This document shows positions 48,965 through 58,678 of a stretch of 64,000 nucleotides of DNA, in pieces. The DNA comes from Candidatus Pacearchaeota archaeon (GTDB lineage Archaea > Nanobdellota > Nanobdellia > Pacearchaeales > GW2011-AR1), in NCBI GenBank assembly GCA_016866975.1, contig VGKP01000001.1, positions 54,454 through 118,453 of the forward strand. The letters run 5' to 3'. Numbering within the stretch: position 1 is the first letter of the stretch; each line of letters opens with the position of its first letter. The position numbers and the translations under genes are program-made. Under the pieces are notes generated by a model. The model was not told where the DNA came from, searched no databases, and saw nothing but the letters and a program-made list of their open reading frames with translations.

Positions 48965-49660
48965 TTACTTGAGAGCTTTCTCGAATTCATCGAGGTTTTC
49001 TTCAAGGGCTTCAATGGATTTTGCAAATACATCTTTTGCAGGCATGTTCCCGTAAGATTCAATTATAAAAACAAGTTCATCTAGCTGAGTTATAGCATTC
49101 TTGTCTACATTTGTGACTGCCTCTATATCTGCATCATTGAGGTCGCAGACCCATTTTGAACCTTTCTTCTCAGGCTTCATAGCACCTGAAGAATTCTGAA
49201 TTATCTTGTCAATATCAGGCGTAGATTTCACTTCAAGAATATGCCTGTAATAACAGAGCCCTGGAATGTATTTTGCATGATTAATGCCCTGCCCGAGAAT
49301 TGCTGTAGCTACAATCTCCAATTTGTTGCCTTCGGCGAGTATAGTAAGAGGTATCTTTGGATGAACGACTTCTGCTGATCCTTGAAGATCCTCGGAATAG
49401 ACTGTACATGGGCCAGTTTTTGATAGCTTGAAATCTACCTTTGTTTTTGAATTCATTGATTTCTCTGTTTTCAAAGGTATAAGACCGAGACGATGTGCGA
49501 GAACCTCGTCATAAAGGGCAGAGTCGTTCTTGAAAATCTCTACTTCGTCTATGGCTAGAGTAGGTATTTCAGAAACACTTCTTCTCAATGCATTTGCCAA
49601 TGATTCATTTGCAGGCATTCTCAGGATAAGCTTTTCAGGAGTTTTTTCGATGACTTCCAT
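48965..49660 (-). CDS. rpoD: DNA-directed RNA polymerase subunit D (Rpo3)
   Basis: ANALRRSV..EIPTLAIDEV, NDSALYDEVLAHRLGLIPL. Confidence 0.95.
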   Translation of the reverse strand: MEVIEKTPEKLILRMPANESLANALRRSVSEIPTLAIDEVEIFKNDSALYDEVLAHRLGLIPLKTEKSMNSKTKVDFKLSKTGPCTVYSEDLQGSAEVVHPKIPLTILAEGNKLEIVATAILGQGINHAKYIPGLCYYRHILEVKSTPDIDKIIQNSSGAMKPEKKGSKWVCDLNDADIEAVTNVDKNAITQLDELVFIIESYGNMPAKDVFAKSIEALEENLDEFEKALK

Positions 49661-49684
49661 AGTGTTACGGGGAAAAATTGATTT

Positions 49685-50191
49685 TTAAACTCTTCGGCCC
49701 CTCTTGCCGCCTTTCTTCTTGGGACCTCCACGTGGGACGCGTGTAGTATCGAGAATACTGATTATCCTGAAGCCTTCCTTGCCTAGAGATTTTACTGCAG
49801 CATGTGTTCCTGGACCTAGACCTGGAGAACCAGTCTTTGCCCTAGTTCTAATATACAATGCACTTACTCCTAGGTCGCGGGCACGCTCTGCAGCTTTCTT
49901 GGCTACGAACATAGCTACCGTCGGATCTGCCTTAAGACGAGAATGCTTTGTCATCATCCCTCCACTGACTCTGGAGAGAGTGTTTCCTGCAAGATCAGTT
50001 ATATGGACTTGCGTGTTATTTGAAGAACTGTAGATATAAGCTATTCCTGATTTTTCGTCTTTTTTCTCTTCCATTACTTCCTCTAACTCTGATTTATCTT
50101 CCTTGGATTCTTGCTTCACTTCAATCTCCTTATCAATCTTCTTAGTCTTTGTTTCCTTAATTTCTTGCTCTGGCTGTTTTTCTAAGCTCAT
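49685..50191 (-). CDS. rps11: 30S ribosomal protein uS11 with charged N-terminal extension
   Basis: YSSSNNTQVHITDLAG, PGLGPG, DTTRVPRGG, GGKRGRRV. Confidence 0.95.
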   Translation of the reverse strand: MSLEKQPEQEIKETKTKKIDKEIEVKQESKEDKSELEEVMEEKKDEKSGIAYIYSSSNNTQVHITDLAGNTLSRVSGGMMTKHSRLKADPTVAMFVAKKAAERARDLGVSALYIRTRAKTGSPGLGPGTHAAVKSLGKEGFRIISILDTTRVPRGGPKKKGGKRGRRV

Positions 50192-50679
50192 TGTGCGGCT
50201 CCTTCAATCTGATTTTTGTTATCGCTTTGAGGCTTGGGGGTCTGGGCCATTATTGAATTCTCTTCTTCTATACTGACTATATAGCTAGGTACATTTACCA
50301 CTTTACCTGAGACCTGAACTTTCTTGTGAACTACCATCTGTCTGGCTTGTTGAGGAGTTTTTGCTAAGCCCTTCTTGGCAACTATAGAGGGCAGTCTTCT
50401 TCGCAAGAGATCATCTATCTTCAATGCTAGGACATCAGCTATGCTATTTACCTTCAATCCTATATATTGTAATTTCTCGAACAATTTCTTCTGCTCATCT
50501 ATAGGAGCCTTAGAAAGAGCTTTTGCCCTGCTCCTGTAATAATTGATCTTTGCGAGAGTCTTCCAAATCTCTTTCTTATTCTTCAGACCATATTTTTCAA
50601 GCAAGATATTCTCTTCTTTTATACGCGCTGCCTGGTATAATTTCTTAGGCCTTGTGAAAAGTTTCTTTTTCCTTATCAT
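50188..50679 (-). CDS. rps4: 30S ribosomal protein uS4
   Basis: YGLKNKKEIW, RRRLPSIV, QARQMVVH. Confidence 0.95.
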   Translation of the reverse strand: MIRKKKLFTRPKKLYQAARIKEENILLEKYGLKNKKEIWKTLAKINYYRSRAKALSKAPIDEQKKLFEKLQYIGLKVNSIADVLALKIDDLLRRRLPSIVAKKGLAKTPQQARQMVVHKKVQVSGKVVNVPSYIVSIEEENSIMAQTPKPQSDNKNQIEGAAQ

Positions 50680-51203
50680 GCTTTCTTTCTCTTAACCCCC
50701 ATTGGTTTAGATTTAGTTCTAAAGTGCGACCTAGTCCTTTGCCCTCTGACTGGAAGCTTGGCGCCGTGGCGAATGCCCTTATAACTACGAATCTCCTTAA
50801 GTCTCTTGATATCGAACTCCTTTGCTATATCTAAATCCGACCCTAGATTGTGCCTTGTCTCTCCAGTCTCCCTATCATTGCGCCTATTGAAGAAAAAAGC
50901 AGGTAACTGAGGATTCTTAAGGAAGGCCTCTATCTTGGCTATCTCGTCTTTAGTCAGGGCCTCAATCTTCTTTGATTTTGGCATATTCAGCCTTATACAT
51001 ATCGCATTTGATATTGCCCATGACACGCCTTTGATCCTGGTCAGGCCGGTATGGATATTCCTTGAACCTGGTATATCATAGCCTAAGATACGGACAAGTA
51101 TTTCGTTTTTATCTTCTTCCATTCGAGGCTTCTTTTTATCTGCCTTCTCTTTCTCCATCTTGTCAAGCTTTTCTAATTTTTCTTGTTGTTTTTTATCTGC
51201 CAT
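50676..51203 (-). CDS. rps13: 30S ribosomal protein uS13
   Basis: LTRIKGVSWAIS, SYKGIRHGAKLPVRGQRTRS. Confidence 0.95.
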   Translation of the reverse strand: MADKKQQEKLEKLDKMEKEKADKKKPRMEEDKNEILVRILGYDIPGSRNIHTGLTRIKGVSWAISNAICIRLNMPKSKKIEALTKDEIAKIEAFLKNPQLPAFFFNRRNDRETGETRHNLGSDLDIAKEFDIKRLKEIRSYKGIRHGAKLPVRGQRTRSHFRTKSKPMGVKRKKA

Positions 51204-51549
51204 TTTCGTATTCTCCTGTATTTACTTGTAAAGGTTGTGCTGTGCCGATTAATTCCATTAATTCACATAATCTTATAGTGTTTTTATCTTGATTAGGGCT
51301 AATTAATTTTCCGACGAGATTTAATGAATTGAAATCAATAGTGACTGCCGAGTCTTGATAGAATCCAAATAACTTGAAAGTATCACCTTCATTAACCCTA
51401 GAAATGTCCGATGCAATTAAACCTCGAGATACATATGCATTGCGAGACCTGCTTATGAGGTTATCTGCAAAATTTTTTGCTCCTCCTAGTAAGGGTATGC
51501 TAAAACTTGCTTTTCCGTAGTTTCCGTAATCAGTAATTTCTATTGCCAT
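51193..51549 (-). CDS. Hypothetical protein
   Basis: 118-aa ORF co-oriented between DUF655 and uS13. Confidence 0.6.
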   Translation of the reverse strand: MAIEITDYGNYGKASFSIPLLGGAKNFADNLISRSRNAYVSRGLIASDISRVNEGDTFKLFGFYQDSAVTIDFNSLNLVGKLISPNQDKNTIRLCELMELIGTAQPLQVNTGEYENGR

Positions 51550-51550
51550 G

Positions 51551-52093
51551 TTATGATGTTATGAAAAGATTGAATCTTTGTCTCTCCGACAGCTCTTCGA
51601 TTATTCTTTTCTCTATCGCCTTCTTTGGATCTGGAACGCTCTTCAGCCTCGTCTTAAGGTCCTCAAAAGATTCGAATGGTTTCTCATCCCTCGCCTGAAG
51701 TATCTCCTGAGTATGTTTCTTGCCAAATCCTGGAAGCAGTTCCATCTGATGCATTCGTGTGTTGAGGGCCTGAGCTTTATTGAAGAAATCAACAAATCTC
51801 TTCTCGTTTGCGGTCACAAAAGCCTCAACATATTCCTGCAACTGCGCCTTTGCAGTCTCAGTCAGCTTCTCTTTCGGAAGTCTTCCTGATATGAAGTATA
51901 TCTTATCTCTCTTTTCTGGACCTATATAAACTTTTTCTTTAGTCTCTAGAGTCACTCCTCTCCTTGGAATAAGTTCAAGAAGAGTAAGATTCTTCTCGCC
52001 TATTGCTTGGGCGACGGGATTCATCTTGCCCCCCATAGGATAACCGTAAGGCAAGTAATCTAAAATGATTGCAAATTCTTCTTTCTCTGCCAT
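51551..52093 (-). CDS. DUF655 family putative RNA-binding protein
   Basis: IILDYLPYG, AQAIGEKNLTLLEL, RMHQMELLPGFGKKH. Confidence 0.9.
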   Translation of the reverse strand: MAEKEEFAIILDYLPYGYPMGGKMNPVAQAIGEKNLTLLELIPRRGVTLETKEKVYIGPEKRDKIYFISGRLPKEKLTETAKAQLQEYVEAFVTANEKRFVDFFNKAQALNTRMHQMELLPGFGKKHTQEILQARDEKPFESFEDLKTRLKSVPDPKKAIEKRIIEELSERQRFNLFITS

Positions 52094-52094
52094 G

Positions 52095-52397
52095 TTAATA
52101 TTTCTTCACTACTGAAAGAAGTGCCTGAGCTTCCTCTTCACTCAGGGAATTTTCTATGAATATCTTGTTGATGTCTTCAGTATCCTGAGGAAGAATGTCT
52201 GCCACTTTCACTGCCAGATCGTCCTTTATCTTTGGATTCTTCAGAGCCTTGACATCTTCAACCAAAGACTTTGCTTTATCAGGAGATAATCTTTCAAAAG
52301 ACTTTATGTAATCTGCAAGAACTTTGTTTTCACTCAGTGTCTCGCCAGCGTATGACTTTACTTCTGCAATCGTTAAAGGTGTTCTATTTAATATCAT
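52095..52397 (-). CDS. rpoF: RNA polymerase subunit F (Rpo4)
   Basis: Position between L21e and DUF655; PLTIAEV, KVADILPQDTEDI. Confidence 0.85.
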   Translation of the reverse strand: MILNRTPLTIAEVKSYAGETLSENKVLADYIKSFERLSPDKAKSLVEDVKALKNPKIKDDLAVKVADILPQDTEDINKIFIENSLSEEEAQALLSVVKKY

Positions 52398-52654
52398 TTT
52401 ATCTGTTGTATTTTCTTTAAATGTATTGGTTGTATCATATATTTCTTAGGCTTGTTGAGGTCTTTAATCTCCACCTCATATGACTTCCCTCGTCTTGCTA
52501 TGACTGTACCAGTCCTTCCCTGTAGCCTATGAGAGTATGGGAATGGGATGCTGAGTTCCTGGACAACTGCTACTTTGTCTCCTTCCTTAAGGCTTTGGAA
52601 AAATCTCATAAATGAGAATTTCCCTTTCTGTCGAATGTGTTTGTGTGTGAGCAT
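52394..52654 (-). CDS. rpl21e: 50S ribosomal protein eL21
   Basis: GDKVAV, RLQGRTGTV, PIHLKK. Confidence 0.9.
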   Translation of the reverse strand: MLTHKHIRQKGKFSFMRFFQSLKEGDKVAVVQELSIPFPYSHRLQGRTGTVIARRGKSYEVEIKDLNKPKKYMIQPIHLKKIQQIK

Positions 52655-52851
52655 ATCAGTACCTCTGTACGAGAGTTTAAAAAGCTTTGGTGGAAAGGCT
52701 TTGGTCTAGAAAAGGAGGAAAAACAGCCTTTGAATTTCTAGAAAACTTTGGTTTTAACAAAGTTTCCCTCGTATCTTAAAGTCAAATTATCAAGCCAAAT
52801 GGCTGGATCATATTTTTCATAGAAAAAATATGATTGTGCTCTACAACCCTA

Positions 52852-53058
52852 TTATCTGGAAAGCCTTGGTGATTGCGGTGCCTTGGGATCTGAGACAGAA
52901 CCCTGGAATAAATCTCCATTATCCCTTGACTTCTCCATGCTTGACACTATGGCCTTGAACATCTTCTCACCCCACACTCCAATGCCACAGCGCTCGCAGA
53001 AATCGATTACAGACTCTTCGTCAATGCCGTTTTTGCAATAAATACACTTTTTTGCCAT
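52852..53058 (-). CDS. Small zinc-finger protein
   Basis: KCIYCK...DFCERCG. Confidence 0.7.
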   Translation of the reverse strand: MAKKCIYCKNGIDEESVIDFCERCGIGVWGEKMFKAIVSSMEKSRDNGDLFQGSVSDPKAPQSPRLSR

Positions 53059-53126
53059 TTTACCTCTTTAGACAGGAGTGCTTATGAGCAAGAGTATTTA
53101 AACATTCTTGTTTTTTTGAATATAGG

Positions 53127-53360
53127 ATGAAAAAAATTGTGCTTTTCTGTGCAGGATTTGCTATATTGGTATTTTTATTTGTGTCGTATTTTATCCCGGT
53201 CTATTATACTGAAATAGAAAATGGAAATCTCGTACAAGTAGAGTCAATTTTGCTTGGAGAAATTATATTCCAGAGCCCGTGGATACTTGCGTTGCATATA
53301 TTTATTGCAGCTACATTGATATTTAAAAGTTGGATGGGGGCAAAGATAAGATTCCAATAA
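53127..53360 (+). CDS. Small membrane protein
   Basis: Two TM segments. Confidence 0.55.
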   Translation: MKKIVLFCAGFAILVFLFVSYFIPVYYTEIENGNLVQVESILLGEIIFQSPWILALHIFIAATLIFKSWMGAKIRFQ

Positions 53361-53361
53361 A

Positions 53362-53895
53362 ATGGTAAATTCGGAAATGTTTCGCGTCTGGAAATTGGTT
53401 TTTGGTCAGCCTAAATATATTTTTATCACACTCGTAATTGCGATGGGGTTTTATCTTGCTAATGCTGTTCTAGCCAATATCCAGAACTATTCTGTCTGGA
53501 TACCTGAACTGGGATTTTTTAACTCGCTTGAATTCATCCGTGAGAGTCTCTTTGGATTTCATGAAACTATAACAATAACAACATTTTATTCAATAATAGT
53601 CATTGGGCTCCTCACGGGAATATTTTTTTCAATCATACATTGTAAATTCAGTCTAACAAGAAAGCAGGAGACATCCTCTGGCTTAATTTCTACAATTGCA
53701 CTTTTCTTGGGATTCCTGGTTCCAGGATGCGCAGCTTGCGGAGTTGGAGTGATTGCATTGTTAGGATTTGGGTCAAGCATTGCTGCTTTGCCTTTCCAAG
53801 GCACTGAAATATCCTTCATAGCAATTTTATTGTTATGTTATTCCATTATCAAGGTCACATCATCTTTTGCTCGTTGTTCATTGCCCAAGAAATAG
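53362..53895 (+). CDS. Membrane protein with CxxC, next to DsbA
   Basis: Four TM segments; PGCAACG. Confidence 0.7.
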   Translation: MVNSEMFRVWKLVFGQPKYIFITLVIAMGFYLANAVLANIQNYSVWIPELGFFNSLEFIRESLFGFHETITITTFYSIIVIGLLTGIFFSIIHCKFSLTRKQETSSGLISTIALFLGFLVPGCAACGVGVIALLGFGSSIAALPFQGTEISFIAILLLCYSIIKVTSSFARCSLPKK

Positions 53896-53976
53896 CTTAA
53901 ATTGAAGTTTCAAAGAGTTTTTAAATCCTGAAAACCTGCCAAAAATAATGAAAACAGAGATTGAAAGGAGGTTATT

Positions 53977-54717
53977 ATGAGTGAAGAGACTATAACGATA
54001 AAGAAAGAAGCTCTGTGGAAGTATTCCACATTTGTTCTTGCAGCCCTTTTGATAGTGATGTCATTTATGTACTTCAACAAAGGAATTTCTACAACTGGAA
54101 GTGTAATGGCTGATGGGAAATTGCCTGGAAGCGATGCACCTCCTGTATATGCACAAGCAACTGTAGATGATGACCCTGTAGTTGGAAGTAAAGATGCAAA
54201 GGTGACAATAATAGAATTTTCCGACTACCAGTGTCCATTCTGCAGAAAGTTCTGGACAGAAACATATCAACAGTTGAAGAAAGACTATGTTGATACTGGA
54301 AAAGTCAAGTTGGTCTTCAGAGATTACCCATTGCCATTTCATGCTTCTGCTGAAGTTTCGGCTGAGGCTGCAAACTGCGTAAGAGAGAAAGGTGGCGATG
54401 AAGCATATTTCAAGATGCACGACAAGATATTCTCGGAAGGGAACAAGCTTGATGGAGGAGATCCATTGAAGGGCCCAGTAAAGGGTACGGCACAATATGG
54501 CGCAGCAGAGTTGAAGAAATGGGCAAAGGAGATAGGTTATGAAGTGGACAGTTGCATAGGTTCTGGCAAATATTCTGATGAGATATCTAAGGATATGAGT
54601 GACGGATCTGCAGCAGGAGTAGAAGGAACGCCTGCATTCTTCATAAATGGAAAGCTTATTTCTGGAGCACAGCCTTACAGCGCATTCAAGTCAGCAATCG
54701 ATTCTGCATTGAAGTAA
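53977..54717 (+). CDS. DsbA-family thiol-disulfide oxidoreductase, membrane-anchored
   Basis: EFSDYQCPFC, FRDYPL, GVEGTPAFFING, GAQPY. Confidence 0.92.
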   Translation: MSEETITIKKEALWKYSTFVLAALLIVMSFMYFNKGISTTGSVMADGKLPGSDAPPVYAQATVDDDPVVGSKDAKVTIIEFSDYQCPFCRKFWTETYQQLKKDYVDTGKVKLVFRDYPLPFHASAEVSAEAANCVREKGGDEAYFKMHDKIFSEGNKLDGGDPLKGPVKGTAQYGAAELKKWAKEIGYEVDSCIGSGKYSDEISKDMSDGSAAGVEGTPAFFINGKLISGAQPYSAFKSAIDSALK

Positions 54718-54744
54718 AATTTTATTTTTTATTTTTTATTTTTT

Positions 54745-55929
54745 TTAAAGACTTATAAGGTTAACAGAAGTATTATCTATACCTGAGAAAGTTGTAGCTG
54801 CCAGATGATTTATGCCTTCCTCTTCACATGACCTTACTATACTTGAAGTAGCTGCTCCATCCATTATTATTGCAAAAATCTTCTTGCGTGAAAGCTTTAT
54901 GTTTTTGCTAACTTCTTTTGCGCTAACTTTCTTGATGACATCGAAATTTTCATCCACAAGAATAGCCTGCTTGGACTCTTTTATTTTATCATATGCCTGC
55001 CTGGCCTTCTCTTTGACATCTCCATTAGCCATGGGTGTTACTTGCGATGGTGTTGATGGTGTAGATGGAGTTGAAGGTGTTGAGGATCCGTTACGGTCAG
55101 GAAAATCTCTTGATAAAGAGCGCATAAATTCTGATGTTGTCACTCTCTTCCTTAAGGCAATCAGTATTTCTTTTCCTACTAGCTCTTCCACTTCCTTTCC
55201 ATCTGGGGCAACAGCAACATACATAATCCTTGCATTATTTATTACATTCTGGGCAATAAGCTTTCCGCCTCTGTCGCCATCAATAAATAGCGTTATCTCC
55301 TTCTCCTGCCCAAGCCTTGCAATCTCTGCCGGCAATTTTGTGCCATTCATCCCAATGACATTGTTAACTCTGTTCTTAAGCAAGTTTACGACATCCGCCC
55401 TGCCTTCTACTACTATGACTTCCTTTCCTGTGAGGTCGCCTGCGGGGAGTTTTTCTTCACCATACTCTTGTATCTTAGCAGCCCTAGATTCTTCTTTGAG
55501 AGTCTTGCTCATCTCGCCAAAGTCTCCGCCCTCATCAAGTCCCTCAAGCAATTTCTTTGCTCGTTCTATAATGAAATCTCTCTTACTTCCCCTTACATCC
55601 TCTATCTTTGTGACTTCAATAGATGCTTCAGTGGGACCAATTCTGTCAATTGTCTCGAGTGCAGCCGCGATTATCGTGGTCTCTGACTTGTCAAGAGCAG
55701 TTGGTACTTGAATCTCTCCTACGCTCCTTCCGTCCACTGTCTCTAGATCTACTTCGATCCTGCCTATTTTGCCTTCTTTCTGTAACTCACGCATCTCCAA
55801 GTGCGAGCCAAGAAGGCCTTCCGTCTGGCCGAAGATAGCTCCGATTACATCTGGTTTCTCAAGATGACCTTCTGCCTTGAATGAAGCATAAATCATATAC
55901 TTGATTGATACTGGACTTATTTTTGCCAT
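54745..55929 (-). CDS. dnaG: Archaeal DnaG-type primase
   Basis: EKPDVIGAIFGQTEGLLG, VVEGRADV (TOPRIM), DGDRGG, KEVEEL. Confidence 0.95.
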   Translation of the reverse strand: MAKISPVSIKYMIYASFKAEGHLEKPDVIGAIFGQTEGLLGSHLEMRELQKEGKIGRIEVDLETVDGRSVGEIQVPTALDKSETTIIAAALETIDRIGPTEASIEVTKIEDVRGSKRDFIIERAKKLLEGLDEGGDFGEMSKTLKEESRAAKIQEYGEEKLPAGDLTGKEVIVVEGRADVVNLLKNRVNNVIGMNGTKLPAEIARLGQEKEITLFIDGDRGGKLIAQNVINNARIMYVAVAPDGKEVEELVGKEILIALRKRVTTSEFMRSLSRDFPDRNGSSTPSTPSTPSTPSQVTPMANGDVKEKARQAYDKIKESKQAILVDENFDVIKKVSAKEVSKNIKLSRKKIFAIIMDGAATSSIVRSCEEEGINHLAATTFSGIDNTSVNLISL

Positions 55930-56287
55930 TTTATTTCTCCTAGTTCTAATTGTTTGTTTGGCTTACGCCAGCAGTTTCTTCTGCATTAGAAAGAAAGTTG
56001 AAAGCTTACACTGATGTCCCGCACGGACGTGAATATGAAAGGGTAAATTTTCTTTCTATTAATGGATTATTGGAAATAATGCTATTTAAATCTTTGTTTT
56101 TAATATACTTGGTTTTATAGTATTTTATTTAAAGTATGCAAATGCTTAATCCTTGAACATATGCAAAGAACAGTTTGATATGCAAAAATGGCATTGGATG
56201 GAATATATAAATCTTTTGGGTATTTTACGACGGGAAAAAAATTGACGCAAGGTTTATATATCCCAAGTCGTAAGGGAAAATAGAAAG

Positions 56288-56398
56288 ATGGTAGTTAAAA
56301 AAGGGTCGACAGAGGAAGAAGTAATGGTCGATGAGCACGTGTCAGAGGAGTTTGATCCTGACGCGCTGTTTCAGGGACTTGATGCTACGGAAGAGTAA
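56288..56398 (+). CDS. Small acidic protein (36 aa, not in ORF track)
   Basis: MVVKKGSTEEEVMVDEHVSEEFDPDALFQGLDATEE*; TTTATATA box upstream. Confidence 0.4.
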   Translation: MVVKKGSTEEEVMVDEHVSEEFDPDALFQGLDATEE

Positions 56399-56476
56399 GC
56401 TCTATAATTCTTTTTATTTTTATTTTTCACTCGAGTTTAAAGTTAAGTTTAAATATTTGGAATTACTATAAAAGAA

Positions 56477-56890
56477 ATGAATTCTAGTGCAACGGGGCTT
56501 GGGGCAGTGATACTTGTCTTGATTATATTCTTGGGTGTCGTTATATGGGTAATGAATCAGGGAGTGCCGCAAAGCTCAGAAGATTACAAAGGCTTGGTAT
56601 CATCGAAGACACAGAGCTCGACTTCGGTTGAGCCTAGAATAATAAATGTAAAGGCCGAAAGATTCACGTACGCACCGTCTTTAATCAAAGTCAAGAAAGG
56701 AGAGAAAGTCAGATTGGTTGTGGAAAATGTAGACACTGCCCATGGTATAATGATATCTGAGCTTAGCGTAAGTGGGATCGATAGTGTAGAGTTCATTGCT
56801 GACAAAGCTGGAACTTATGAGTTTAGGTGCCCTACGATGTGTGGAAGCGGCCATAGAGAGATGAAAGGGAAATTGATTGTGGAGGAATAA
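56477..56890 (+). CDS. Membrane-anchored cupredoxin-domain protein
   Basis: DTAHG...CPTMCGSGHREM copper-ligand motif. Confidence 0.88.
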   Translation: MNSSATGLGAVILVLIIFLGVVIWVMNQGVPQSSEDYKGLVSSKTQSSTSVEPRIINVKAERFTYAPSLIKVKKGEKVRLVVENVDTAHGIMISELSVSGIDSVEFIADKAGTYEFRCPTMCGSGHREMKGKLIVEE

Positions 56891-56891
56891 T

Positions 56892-57308
56892 ATGAATCTT
56901 GATAAGGCAAAGAGTACTGCTCCGGTTATCTTGAGGATTGGATTGAGCTTGGTATTTCTTTGGTTTGGGATAAACCAACTATTGTATCCTCTGAACTGGA
57001 TAGGATGGGTTCCCGGTTTTGCTTCATCTACAATAGATCCATTTACTATTGTTTTTGTAAATGGCATATCTGAAATTGTTTTTGGAGTGTTATTGCTGAT
57101 TGGACTTTATACCAGAATCGCATCATTTTTACTTGCATTGCACATGCTTGGAATCACATTATCTGTAGGTTGGAATGAAATAGGCGTCAGGGATTTTGGA
57201 ATATTGATGGCACTGATATCTGTGTTTCTTCATGGAGCAGATGATTATTGTTTGGATAAAAAACTAAGAAAAAATCGATCAATCGTCAAGGCCAATTTCC
57301 TTAAATAA
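56892..57308 (+). CDS. DoxX-family membrane protein
   Basis: LRIGLSLVFLWFG, EIVFGVLLLIG, VRDFGIL. Confidence 0.85.
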   Translation: MNLDKAKSTAPVILRIGLSLVFLWFGINQLLYPLNWIGWVPGFASSTIDPFTIVFVNGISEIVFGVLLLIGLYTRIASFLLALHMLGITLSVGWNEIGVRDFGILMALISVFLHGADDYCLDKKLRKNRSIVKANFLK

Positions 57309-57953
57309 AGAAGATGTGGATTGAGACTCCTGAGATGGCCTCATGAATGAAGTCCTTCTTGAATTATCTTTTTGCTGAGGCTGCGATGGAGTACTCATTG
57401 CTTTCTTAAGACTGGCGCTCTCTACTATCTTTCCTAGCTTATCATATAGGAAAAGAAGTTGTTGTTGAATTTCTTTCTTCTCTAATGGATCGAGGTCCAT
57501 ACTCGCTATTTTCTCATAGGTCTCAAGGGCGTGCTTTCTTTTATCCTTTGACATGAACTCTTTTGCCTGTGCCTTGTACGCTTCCTTGACCTTGATCTTT
57601 ATTGCCACCTTCTGCTTGTCATTGGCTGTCGCCAATGCCTTTGCCACTGAGATGTCTGCTTCTGAGAAATTGCCTCCCTTGATGAACAAGTCTGCTGATC
57701 TGATGAAATCCCCTGCCTTGCCTTCATAAGTCGTATTAATGTCTGCGGCTATGCGTATAAGGCGGGCTGCTTCGAGATACATCTTTCTGGATTCATAAAT
57801 CGCAGCAAGTTTTGTTAGAACATATCTTCTTGTATCAAAATCTATCTGCATCTTAAGGCACCTCTGCAAGTAATCCATCTTTACATAATCACCGACGGAA
57901 GCTAGCTTGTCCTCTATCTCTTTCTTAGTCACACTCTTTTTTTCCATAGACAC
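57279..57953 (-). CDS. Helical-repeat (TPR-like) hypothetical protein
   Basis: 224 aa, alpha-helical repeat pattern. Confidence 0.65.
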   Translation of the reverse strand: MSMEKKSVTKKEIEDKLASVGDYVKMDYLQRCLKMQIDFDTRRYVLTKLAAIYESRKMYLEAARLIRIAADINTTYEGKAGDFIRSADLFIKGGNFSEADISVAKALATANDKQKVAIKIKVKEAYKAQAKEFMSKDKRKHALETYEKIASMDLDPLEKKEIQQQLLFLYDKLGKIVESASLKKAMSTPSQPQQKDNSRRTSFMRPSQESQSTSSLFKEIGLDD

Positions 57954-58051
57954 AATTGATTTAATGAAGTTTATAAGTATTGTGATGATTAAGAATCAAA
58001 CACTAAAGAATTATACATTAAGCTTAAAAAGGATTAATTAATCGTTTTTGA

Positions 58052-58603
58052 ATGGACAAAATCAAATTCACAACAGAAGAGCTAGATAAGTATATGGATA
58101 CCTGCATCTCCCTTGCGAAATGCTCTCCCTTTCCTATGGGGAGGCCATATGTTGGGGCGATGATACTAAATGAGGAAGGCAACATTCTAAGCAATGGATA
58201 CAAGACATTTCTTTCAGGAACCAATATGATTTTACATGCTGAGAGGAACGCAATATATAATTCAAATATTTCACCCATGTCAAAACACTCTAGGAGAAGC
58301 CATATATTAATAACAACATTGGAGCCTTGTTCGCAGACCAGAAGGACTCAGCAATTCTGCTCGTGCTCAGAACTTATCCTTCAATACCCTATCTCTACAG
58401 TAGTAATCGGAGATTTTGATGACGTAAGCTTCAGTAATGGCAAACCTTCATCTTTCCTGAGTTCTAGAGGAATAACAGTCATACCGCACCTGAACTTGAG
58501 AGAAAGAATAAAAGATGAACTAATAAATCCACTATATGGTTATGATTCTGGAAAAGTATATACTCCAGCAAAGACATTATATAAAATGTCTAGGGATAAT
58601 TAG
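58052..58603 (+). CDS. Cytidine/deoxycytidylate deaminase-family protein (RibD-like domain)
   Basis: PYVGA, LHAERNAI, TTLEPC...C. Confidence 0.85.
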   Translation: MDKIKFTTEELDKYMDTCISLAKCSPFPMGRPYVGAMILNEEGNILSNGYKTFLSGTNMILHAERNAIYNSNISPMSKHSRRSHILITTLEPCSQTRRTQQFCSCSELILQYPISTVVIGDFDDVSFSNGKPSSFLSSRGITVIPHLNLRERIKDELINPLYGYDSGKVYTPAKTLYKMSRDN

Positions 58604-58678
58604 CAGGAAAAATTAGCTTAAGCAATTTATTAATTATTAGATCAAAAGAGCAAATTGGGGTAAAAAGAAAATAAAGAG

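Noticed and set aside
52808-52833. 10-bp AT-rich inverted repeat (TCATATTTTT/AAAAATATGA)
   Set aside because: Single copy, AT-rich, and plausibly a terminator or chance; no further support.
55045-55090. Short tandem repeat inside dnaG
   Set aside because: It encodes a low-complexity (STP)n linker and is ordinary.
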